Positions 55,733 to 63,327 of a stretch of DNA of 64,000 nucleotides are shown piece after piece. Below the pieces are notes generated by a model. That model did no database searches and was not told the DNA's origin. It worked only from the letters and a program-made list of their open reading frames with translations. Within the stretch, counting starts at the first letter, position 1; every line of letters starts with the position of its first letter. Position numbers and translations under genes: made by a program. The stretch is from positions 44,488 through 108,487 of the forward strand of contig JBHJGM010000007.1 in the NCBI GenBank assembly GCA_050331815.1, in the 5' to 3' direction. The stretch is from Opitutales bacterium. Lineage in GTDB: Bacteria > Verrucomicrobiota > Verrucomicrobiia > Opitutales > JBHJGM01.

Positions 55733-56365
55733 ATGGAGGACGTTTATATTGTGGGCGCGGGCGGTTTCGCTCGAGAGGTCTTTGCCTGGGCGAGCCAACA
55801 TCCAGAGTGCGGTGCGCGCTGGCGTCTGGCGGGATTTCTGGACGACAACCCGAAGGCCCTGGACGGCTTTGATTTGCCGGTCGCCGTGGTTGGATCCATC
55901 CGGGATCACCAGCCCAAACCGAATGAGTTGCTCCTGCTAGGACTGGGCTTGCCGAAGGCGAAGCGTGCCTGCGTAGAATCTTTGCAGGCGCGTGGCGGGC
56001 ACTTTCTGAGCCTGATTCATCCCAGCGCGGTCCTGGGCCAGCGCATCACCCTGGGCGATGGTGTGGTGATCTGCCCGGGGGTTATTGTCACCTGTGATGT
56101 TCGCATCGGCAGTTACGCCATGCTCAACTGCCATGCCACGGTGGGCCACGATGCGCTTGTTAGCGACTACACCACGCTGAGTGGACACGTGGATCTGACC
56201 GGACACGTGCAGGTGGGCGCGGAGGTCTTCTTTGGCTCGCGCGCCTCCGTCATTCCGGGCAAGCGCGTGGGCGACGCTGCGGTGGTCGGCGCGGGTGCCG
56301 TCGTCATACGCGATGTACCGACGGGCTCGACGGTTTTTGGCAACCCGGCGCGGGTGATTGCCTAA
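55733..56365 (+). CDS. NeuD/PglD-family sugar N-acyltransferase (left-handed beta-helix)
   Basis: VYIVGAGGFAREV Rossmann-like N-terminus plus hexapeptide repeats (IGSYAMLNCHATVGHDALVSDYTTLSGHV). Confidence 0.8.
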   Translation: MEDVYIVGAGGFAREVFAWASQHPECGARWRLAGFLDDNPKALDGFDLPVAVVGSIRDHQPKPNELLLLGLGLPKAKRACVESLQARGGHFLSLIHPSAVLGQRITLGDGVVICPGVIVTCDVRIGSYAMLNCHATVGHDALVSDYTTLSGHVDLTGHVQVGAEVFFGSRASVIPGKRVGDAAVVGAGAVVIRDVPTGSTVFGNPARVIA

Positions 56366-57159
56366 AGGCTGCGGGGCGCGCTCGCGCCAGTTGCCTGCGC
56401 GCTTTCGACGGCGGAACCGGAATCACCCGCGGTACTGCCGATCTGCAAAGGCACATGCGCCACAATGTCTTTCATGACGACTTGCAGCTTTTCGTTGTTC
56501 CAGAAACTGCCGTCCTCATTGACGTTGAGCGGGCGGTTGGTGTGAACACGCAAAAAGTACTGCTGCTGACGCTGATTGAAGCCGAAGCGCTGGAAGTCGT
56601 CGAAGACAAGCAGGCCGCGTTTGATTTTGCCCCAGATGCTGGCGTCCCAGCCCTCGGCTTCGTAGCCGTACAAACCGTCGCCGACCAGATGCCAAAAGAT
56701 GACATCAACCTCGTGGCCGTTGGGAGTTTGGTAGCGACCGTACTCGGCAGGTTTGATGGGCGTACCGCCGACTTGGAGGCCTTCGAAGCGCTGGCGGTCG
56801 AGTCGGGTCATGCCGGCGTTGACCCAGCAGGTGTCGGGGTTGTGGGTGCCGACTCGGTTGTAGGGGGCGGTGCCGGGCTTCCAGTAGGCGAGGTAAACTT
56901 GGAAATAGGTGCCATCGTAGGCGTAGGTGCGCACGATGGAATCATCGTATTGCAGGATTGCACGCACGCGTTCATCGGCAAAGTCCTCGGCACCCAACTC
57001 ATCGGAATGTACCGCCCAGTTGCCCAGTTCATCCGGAAGTACCTCGGTGAGCGGCACTTCCAGCGGAGGGACTTCTTCGGTGCTCATGGACACCAAAATT
57101 TGCATGCCAAGGATGAAAACAACGGTGAGAGCGCCAACGATGAGGATGATTTTTTTCAT
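56362..57159 (-). CDS. EpsI-family (exosortase-associated, DUF3485-like) protein
   Basis: N-terminal anchor MKKIILIVGALTVVFILG, then VYLAYWKPG...VGTHNPDTCWVNAGM, which resembles the EpsI HxPxxC..GW core. The ATG at 57159 is preferred over 57186. Confidence 0.55.
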   Translation of the reverse strand: MKKIILIVGALTVVFILGMQILVSMSTEEVPPLEVPLTEVLPDELGNWAVHSDELGAEDFADERVRAILQYDDSIVRTYAYDGTYFQVYLAYWKPGTAPYNRVGTHNPDTCWVNAGMTRLDRQRFEGLQVGGTPIKPAEYGRYQTPNGHEVDVIFWHLVGDGLYGYEAEGWDASIWGKIKRGLLVFDDFQRFGFNQRQQQYFLRVHTNRPLNVNEDGSFWNNEKLQVVMKDIVAHVPLQIGSTAGDSGSAVESAQATGASAPRSL

Positions 57160-57180
57160 TCGCAGTCTGGGACAAAAGTT

Positions 57181-57708
57181 TTGCATGTTAGTACCATCGA
57201 ATCTTCACGGAATCAACCCACGGGTCAGGCGCTTGACGCGCTTTCCTGGCAGCGCTCGTTTCGGCTGGACGCCGCTTACAAGCCGCAGGTCGAGGCGCTT
57301 TTCTTCTTCAACCCGCGTCAGACGGCTTTTCTGCCGTGGATCGAAGCGGCGATCGAGCGATTTGGCATTCCCAAACTGGAGGTGAACGCTCAGCGGCAGC
57401 TGCATTTCACCTTGGGAGACGAGCCCGTGGATGCCCTCTATCTGATTGATCGTGAATTGTTTGTGGAAGATCTGCCCAGGGTTGTGGCCGTCGCGCTTCA
57501 TCGGCGGGTAGCGCCCGATCGGCTGGCGGTGATTCACCTGGCCCTGGACCCGGAGGCACCTGGGGCTTCCACTGGACAGCTGATGGACGCCCTGCTTTTG
57601 CAAATGAGAACGCTCGCGCAAAAAGCCCGCGGCGTGAAGTGGCTTTGGCTCCTGTATGCCCCGGGCGAGGGCGTATTTTTCAGAGTACTTGAACCAGACC
57701 CGGCCTGA
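57181..57708 (+). CDS. hypothetical protein (possibly GNAT-like fold), non-ATG start
   Basis: GC3-rich, protein-like frame (...FLPWIEAAIERFGIPKLEVNAQRQLHFTLGDEPVDALYLIDREL...ARGVKWLWLLYAPGEGVFFRVLE). The only upstream in-frame start candidate is a TTG at 57181. The opposite-strand ORF 57205..57729 is Arg-rich shadow. Confidence 0.4.
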   Translation: MHVSTIESSRNQPTGQALDALSWQRSFRLDAAYKPQVEALFFFNPRQTAFLPWIEAAIERFGIPKLEVNAQRQLHFTLGDEPVDALYLIDRELFVEDLPRVVAVALHRRVAPDRLAVIHLALDPEAPGASTGQLMDALLLQMRTLAQKARGVKWLWLLYAPGEGVFFRVLEPDPA

Positions 57709-57741
57709 AAAAGCCCGTTGCCGGTGCAAAGCGGGTCGACT

Positions 57742-58932
57742 ATGACTGCGCGCGAATCGCTAATGAAGCCACCGACCCAACCCACCCAACCGACCGGCCG
57801 ACCCTACCGCATCTACTTGTCGCCGCCGCATTTGAGCGGGCTGGAACAGCGTTACGTGGCCGAGGCGATGGCAGACAACTGGGTGGCCCCCGCCGGGCCG
57901 GACCTGGCGCGCTTTGAGCAGGCTTTCATGGCGGCCACCGGAGTTGCGCACGCTGTGGCGGTGGCCTCTGGCACGGCTGCACTGCACCTGGCGCTGCGAT
58001 TGGCCAAGGTCGAGCCGGGCGATGAGGTCCTGTGCTCGGACGTGACTTTTGTCGCCACGGGCAACCCCATCCTCTACCAGGGGGCGACGCCCGTCCTGAT
58101 CGACTGCGAGCCTGCAAGTTGGAATCTCGACCCGGAACTGTTGGTTGATGCTATTTCCGACCGGCGGCGGCTGGGGAAATCGCCAAAGGCGCTGGTAGCG
58201 GCCCACATCTACGGTCAGGCCGCGCAGATCGAACGGGTCGCCGAGATTTGCGCGGCGGAGGGAATCGTTTTGATCGAAGACGCCGCCGAGAGCCTTGGCT
58301 GTGCCCTCGAGGGTCGGCAGCCGGGAACTTTTGGGCGGATGAGCGCCTTTTCCTTTAACGGCAACAAAATGCTCACGACCGGGGGCGGCGGCCTGTTTGC
58401 CAGTCAAGATGCATCGCTGGCTCAGCGGGCACGTCACCTGGCCAGTCAGGCGCGCCTGCCCGGAGCCTTTTATGACCACGACGCGCTCGGGTATAACTAT
58501 CGCATGAGCAACATCCTGGCGGCGATCGGGCGAGGGCAGCTCGAAACCTTGCCTGAACGCGTGCGCCGTTGCCGTGAGATTTTCCAGGCCTATCAAGCTG
58601 CCCTGGGCGAGTTGGAGGGGATTGGCTTTCAGCCGCAGTTGCCCGGGACAGAGGGCTCGCGTTGGCTGACGGTGATGACCGTCGACCCGGAGGTTCACCC
58701 GGAGGGCCGCTACCGGGTGTTGCGCCATCTGGAGGCGCATGGCATCGAAGCGCGTTCGATCTGGCGGCCGCTGCACCAGCAGGCGGTGTTTCAGGCCTTT
58801 CCGTTGTACAGCAACGGCGTGGGCGCAGCGCTCTTTGAGGCCGGCGTCTGCCTGCCCAGTGCCACGCAGATGAGCGAGAGCGACCAGGCGGAGATCATCG
58901 GACGGGTCAAGGAGGCGCTGGGGCTTGGCTGA
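57742..58932 (+). CDS. DegT/DnrJ/EryC1-family sugar aminotransferase (PglE-like)
   Basis: IYLSPPHLSG, AVASGTAALHLAL and FSFNGNKMLTTGGGG (PLP lysine). Confidence 0.85.
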   Translation: MTARESLMKPPTQPTQPTGRPYRIYLSPPHLSGLEQRYVAEAMADNWVAPAGPDLARFEQAFMAATGVAHAVAVASGTAALHLALRLAKVEPGDEVLCSDVTFVATGNPILYQGATPVLIDCEPASWNLDPELLVDAISDRRRLGKSPKALVAAHIYGQAAQIERVAEICAAEGIVLIEDAAESLGCALEGRQPGTFGRMSAFSFNGNKMLTTGGGGLFASQDASLAQRARHLASQARLPGAFYDHDALGYNYRMSNILAAIGRGQLETLPERVRRCREIFQAYQAALGELEGIGFQPQLPGTEGSRWLTVMTVDPEVHPEGRYRVLRHLEAHGIEARSIWRPLHQQAVFQAFPLYSNGVGAALFEAGVCLPSATQMSESDQAEIIGRVKEALGLG

Positions 58933-60169
58933 GGTGCCGTCAACCGGGGCCCAACGCCGCCCAGTGCGCATCTGCAGCAACGTGGCCGGGGAGCAGCTGC
59001 GCTTTCTAAAAAAGTGCCTGGAGCACGCGGGTTACGAGGCTGCGTTACACACGCCCATCGACGAGGCGAGTTACCGTCGCTTGAGCTCCGGGGGGAGGCT
59101 GGGCCGGCTCTGGCTGCGAGTGCGGATGTACCTGACTTATCCGCTGGGGCTGATTTGGCGCGCGTTGCGCGACCCGTCCGAGGTGCTCTACATCGTCACC
59201 AGCAATGGTTTTCACGCCCCCTGGCTGGCGGCGGAAGCCCGAGCGCTGAAGGATGCGCCGGTCGTGCATCTATTGTATGATTTGTTTCCCGATGCCTTGG
59301 AGGTTGCGGGCTCCTGGGAACGCGATTCGATGGCCTCGCGTTTAGTGGGCGGCGTGCAACAGCGCACCCAGCGCATCTGTGCCGGCACGGTGTATCTGGG
59401 TGAATTTCTGCGTGCGCATGCCGAAGCGCGCTGGGGTGAAGCCGCTCTGAGCATGGTGGCGGACGTTTCGGCGGAAACAGATGCGACGCCGCCAGAGCTG
59501 AAACCCCCGGACGACACCCTGGTTTTTCGCTACGGCGGCCAGCTTGGCTGGATGCACGAGGCCGAACTGCTGGCCAACTGCATTCGCGCGGTGGTTGAAA
59601 ACCCTCCCAAGGAGCGCGCGGTACGTTTTGAATTGAATGTATCGGGCGCGCGGGCGGCGTGGATTCAGGATGCGCTGAAGGGCCTGCCCGGCGTAGAGGT
59701 AACGGGCACTCTCCCCATCGAAGCCTGGCGCGCGCATGCTCCGAACTGCCACGTGGGCCTGGTAACGCTGCAGCCGGGTGGGGCGACGGTCTGTCACCCC
59801 AGCAAAAGCTACGGGATGCTGGCGCATGGGTTGGCGTTGCTCGTGCTGTGTCCGCAGTGGAGCGATTTGGCCCGGCTGGTCCACCGGACGCAGACCGGCG
59901 TGGTCGTTTCCACGACTCCGGAGGGCGTCGTCCCCGAGCCGGGCGGGACCGATTATTTTCAGTTGGTTGAGCAGCGCCGCGCGGAGGCGAAGGTCATTGA
60001 AGAATTCAAGGCGGCGGTGCATGGGCTGGCCGCGAAACCCGAATTGCTCGCCCAAGCACGTTTGAATGCCCAGCGGGCGATGCGCGATCAGTTTAACGCA
60101 GACAGTCTGGGTGCACGCTGGAGTGGTTTTTTGGAGGCGGTGGTGGCTTCACGGGCTGCTGAAAATTGA
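58925..60169 (+). CDS. putative GT-B fold glycosyltransferase (divergent)
   Basis: 414-aa ORF with a weak GT4-like layout (two Rossmann-like halves, HPSKSYGMLAHGLALL). The listed start is a TTG; a GTG at 58964 (VRICSNV) is an alternative. Confidence 0.45.
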   Translation: MAEVPSTGAQRRPVRICSNVAGEQLRFLKKCLEHAGYEAALHTPIDEASYRRLSSGGRLGRLWLRVRMYLTYPLGLIWRALRDPSEVLYIVTSNGFHAPWLAAEARALKDAPVVHLLYDLFPDALEVAGSWERDSMASRLVGGVQQRTQRICAGTVYLGEFLRAHAEARWGEAALSMVADVSAETDATPPELKPPDDTLVFRYGGQLGWMHEAELLANCIRAVVENPPKERAVRFELNVSGARAAWIQDALKGLPGVEVTGTLPIEAWRAHAPNCHVGLVTLQPGGATVCHPSKSYGMLAHGLALLVLCPQWSDLARLVHRTQTGVVVSTTPEGVVPEPGGTDYFQLVEQRRAEAKVIEEFKAAVHGLAAKPELLAQARLNAQRAMRDQFNADSLGARWSGFLEAVVASRAAEN

Positions 60170-60221
60170 GGTTTACCTTTGGCGGGGTATGGTGTGGCCT
60201 TCCCGGCTCTCTCTGGCACTC

Positions 60222-61460
60222 ATGAGCACTTCCGACAAGCGCCGCCGCATTCTCCTGATCTCTCAGGTGTATCCGCCCGACCCGGCGGCAGTTGGTCAGT
60301 ATATGGCTGAGTTGGGCGAGGCGCTGGCGGGGCGCGGCTGGGATGCGCGAGTGCTGACCTCGGGCAGTGGGTACGAGGATCCCTCGATCAAATATCCGCC
60401 CAGAGAAAATCTACGCGGGGTGCAGGTGCGACGGCTGCCCTTCTCCTCGCTGGGCAAGAAAACCATCCTGCACCGCCTGGCAGGGCAGGGGCTTTTCTGT
60501 CTACAAGCGATTTTGCGCGGGCTTTTCATGCCCAAGCTTGGCCTGATCGTGATCACCACCTCGCCACCCATTGGGAGTCTGGTCGGGCTGACGGTGGGGC
60601 TTCTGCGACGGTGTCCGGTGGCCTATTGGGTGATGGACATCAACCCCGACCAGGCGGTCATCCTGGGCAAGGCGCGCGCAGGCAGCTTACTGGTGCGCCT
60701 TTTCGAAAAGTTTGACCGGGCCATCCTGCGGCGGGCCAAGGCGATCATCACCCTGGACACCTACATGGCTGAGCGCCTCAAGCGAAAGGCACCCAGCGCC
60801 GCCCCGCGCATCGAGTCGGTTGCGCCCTGGCCCATGGAGGAGCGGCTGGAGCGCATCGCGCACGCCGACAATCCCTTCCGCAAGGCGCATGGCCTGGAGG
60901 GTAAAACCGTCATCATGTACAGCGGCAACCATAGCATCGCACATCCGCTGGATACTGTGCTGGAGGCAGCGCTGAGGTTGCGTGATCATCCGCGGCTTGA
61001 GTTTCTGTTCATCGGTGGCGGGCACGGCAAAAAATCCATTGAGGCGGCTATCGAACGCGCGCATCCGGCCAATCTACGCTCATTGCCTTATCAGCCTTTG
61101 GAGACGCTTTCGCAGTCGTTGTCGGCGGCGGATGTACACCTGGTGGCCATGGGTACGCAGATGGTCGGAGTGGTGCATCCGTGCAAGGTCTACGGAGCCC
61201 TCGCTCTGGCAAAGCCGGTTTGCTTCATTGGGCCGCGCCCCAGCCACGTGACCGACCTGCTCGACGCCGCCGACTGCGGGTGGGCCGTGAATCAGGGGGC
61301 GGTCGATGCGCTGGTCGAGCGCTTTGAAGCCATCGCCGAGGCAGACCCGCAGGAACTCGAAGCCATGGGCCAGCGCGGCCAGCAACTGATTGGCGAGAGG
61401 TTTTCCCACCAGGCTCTCTGCGCCCGCGTCTGTGAACGCCTGGAAGCCGTGGCCCGCTAA
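60222..61460 (+). CDS. glycosyltransferase family 4 (WcaI-like)
   Basis: RILLISQVYPPDPAAVGQYMAELGEALAGRGWDARVLT N-terminal domain and a C-terminal GT1/GT4 core. I take MSTSDKRR (ATG at 60222) as the start. Confidence 0.8.
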   Translation: MSTSDKRRRILLISQVYPPDPAAVGQYMAELGEALAGRGWDARVLTSGSGYEDPSIKYPPRENLRGVQVRRLPFSSLGKKTILHRLAGQGLFCLQAILRGLFMPKLGLIVITTSPPIGSLVGLTVGLLRRCPVAYWVMDINPDQAVILGKARAGSLLVRLFEKFDRAILRRAKAIITLDTYMAERLKRKAPSAAPRIESVAPWPMEERLERIAHADNPFRKAHGLEGKTVIMYSGNHSIAHPLDTVLEAALRLRDHPRLEFLFIGGGHGKKSIEAAIERAHPANLRSLPYQPLETLSQSLSAADVHLVAMGTQMVGVVHPCKVYGALALAKPVCFIGPRPSHVTDLLDAADCGWAVNQGAVDALVERFEAIAEADPQELEAMGQRGQQLIGERFSHQALCARVCERLEAVAR

Positions 61461-61470
61461 TCCCAGGCCC

Positions 61471-61661
61471 GGTGACCCGGGCGGGACATGTTTGCTTCGC
61501 AAATTGGGTCTCTACTCCAGAACGCGATGTGAGAACGGGCTACGAATGCCATCGCGCATGCTTAAATCTGTCATTGCGAGCGTGCCCCTGTGGCGCGCGT
61601 AGCAATCCAGGCGCAGGCCCTAGCTCGGTGACCCGGACAGGACATGTTTGCTTCGCGAATT
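61471..61661. repeat. two 35-bp direct repeats (32 of 35 identical) flanking a 121-bp spacer
   Basis: GGTGACCCGGGCGGGACATGTTTGCTTCGCAAATT (61471..61505) versus GGTGACCCGGACAGGACATGTTTGCTTCGCGAATT (61627..61661). The spacer holds an ATTGCGAGCG...CGCGTAGCAAT hairpin. Confidence 0.8.
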
Positions 61662-61697
61662 AACTAATGTATTTATGATACGAAACAAGAACGTCGT

Positions 61698-61789
61698 GTC
61701 TTCGTGACTTCGTTGTAAACACCGTAGGCCTCGGTGCCTTCGTGGCAAAACTTACACACCATCGCGGCTTCGCGGTGAAAACCGAAAGC
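61698..61789. repeat. three degenerate CTTCG(T/C)G-containing units downstream of uxaC
   Basis: gtCTTCGTGACttcgttgtaaacacc / tgcCTTCGTGGCaaaacttacacacc / cggCTTCGCGGTgaaaaccgaaagc. Confidence 0.45.
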
Positions 61790-61793
61790 GCCC

Positions 61794-63218
61794 CTACAAC
61801 GCGGGCACCTCGAAGCCAAAGTGCTGGGCGGCGTTGTGGTAGCAGACGTTGGCGATGAGCGGTTCGTAGAGCGCGGGCTCGTCGGGGATAAGGCCCTGCT
61901 CCACTTCGCTGCCGACTATTTCGCAGAGCAACCGCCTGAAGTACTCGTGCCGGCAGTACGACAGGAACGAACGCGAGTCCGTCAGCATGCCTACAAAGCG
62001 TGAGAGCAGTCCGGTGTTCGAGAGCGCGTTCATCTGCGCGGCCATCCCTTCGAGTTGGTCGTTGAACCACCAGCCCGAGCCGAACTGTATCTTGCCGGGG
62101 ATTTCGCCGCTGCTGTCCTGGAAGTTGCCGGTCAGGGTGGCGAAGAGGTAGTTGTCGATGGGGTTGAGGTTGTAAAGGACGATGCGCGGCAGGGTGCCGC
62201 CCAACTCGAGCGTGTCGAGGTAACGCGCGAGGGTGCGCCCTTGGGCAAAGTCGCCGATGGAGTCTGCACCGATGTCCGGCCCGAGCTTTTTGAAAAGGCG
62301 CGTGTTGGTGTTGCGCAGACCGCCCAGGTGAAGCTGCTTGGTCCAGCCCCGGTGAAAATCCAGCACGCCGAAATAGACCATCAGGAAAGACGCGAACTGG
62401 CTTTTTTCCTCGGCGGTGGCGTTCTCGCCAGCCTTGGCCTTGTCGAAAATCGCGGTGGCGGTCTCTTCGGTGCAAAAGTCCGCGTAGCAGTGCTCCATGC
62501 CGTGATCGGAGAGGCGCCCGCCGATCTCGTGAAAGGTGTCGTGGCGCTCCTTGAGCGCGGTGGTGAAGCTCGAAAAGCTGTCGCACTTGACGCCGGATAC
62601 GGCTTCGAGTTGCGCGAGCCAGGCGTTCCACTCGGTCGCCTTGTCGACGTTGAGTGCCTTGTCCGGACGGTAGGTGGGGTAGACGCGGGTTTTGAGCGCA
62701 CCGGCCTGATTGTGCTCGGCGATCGTCTGGTGCTGCTTGAGAGGGTCAGTGGGGTCGTCGGTGGTGCAAACAACCGCGACCTTGAATTTGTTTAAAATGT
62801 CATGCGCTTTCAGCCTGGGAAGCTGGGCGTTGACGCCATCCCAAATCTCCTTGGCGGTAGCCTCGCTGATCAGAAGATCGATGCCGAAGTAGCGCCGCAG
62901 TTCCAGATGGCACCAGTGGTACATCGGGTTGCGCAGCGTCATGGGAACCGTCCGGGCGAAGGCGAGCCACTTGTCGTAAGGGTCGGCGTCGCCGGTGCAA
63001 AATTCCTCAGCGATACCGTTGGCGCGCATGAGCCGCCATTTGTAATGGTCGCCCGCGAGCCAGATGTCGGTGAGGTTTTCGAACTGCCGATTCGAGGCGA
63101 CGTCCTCGGGGGGCAGGTGGCAGTGATAATCGATGATGGGCAGCGGTGCAGCTACCTCGTGATAAAGGCGCTTGGCCGTCGGGCTGGTCAGCAGGAAATC
63201 GTCGTCGAGGAAAGGCAT
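61794..63218 (-). CDS. uxaC: glucuronate isomerase
   Basis: 474 aa. MPFLDDDFLL...PIIDYHCHLPPEDVA and WWFND motifs. Confidence 0.9.
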   Translation of the reverse strand: MPFLDDDFLLTSPTAKRLYHEVAAPLPIIDYHCHLPPEDVASNRQFENLTDIWLAGDHYKWRLMRANGIAEEFCTGDADPYDKWLAFARTVPMTLRNPMYHWCHLELRRYFGIDLLISEATAKEIWDGVNAQLPRLKAHDILNKFKVAVVCTTDDPTDPLKQHQTIAEHNQAGALKTRVYPTYRPDKALNVDKATEWNAWLAQLEAVSGVKCDSFSSFTTALKERHDTFHEIGGRLSDHGMEHCYADFCTEETATAIFDKAKAGENATAEEKSQFASFLMVYFGVLDFHRGWTKQLHLGGLRNTNTRLFKKLGPDIGADSIGDFAQGRTLARYLDTLELGGTLPRIVLYNLNPIDNYLFATLTGNFQDSSGEIPGKIQFGSGWWFNDQLEGMAAQMNALSNTGLLSRFVGMLTDSRSFLSYCRHEYFRRLLCEIVGSEVEQGLIPDEPALYEPLIANVCYHNAAQHFGFEVPAL

Positions 63219-63327
63219 GGCAGCGTTAGGGTGCGAAGTCGGCGGAAGGGAAGGCCCTTCACGTCACCGGTTTTTGTCCGAAGAATGAGGGAGCGTCTCC
63301 CCCGCACAACCCGAAAATCCGTTCTCA

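Noticed and set aside
57205-57729. 174-aa minus-strand ORF upstream of EpsI as a candidate exosortase
   Set aside because: It is hydrophilic and Arg-rich with no TM helices, whereas exosortases are polytopic membrane proteins. The opposite frame looks like the real coding frame.
57760-58980. 406-aa minus-strand ORF opposite the DegT aminotransferase. The same type of ORF occurs at 17544..19088, 33888..35390, 10584..11453, 27835..28923, 21578..22621, 53324..54415, 54545..55591 and 61660..62631.
   Set aside because: All overlap confidently identified genes and have Arg-rich shadow composition. None shows a family motif.
61472-61663. 63-aa ORF MTRAGHVCFAN...TRTGHVCFAN
   Set aside because: It begins and ends inside the two copies of the 35-bp direct repeat, so it is an artefact of translating a repeat element.
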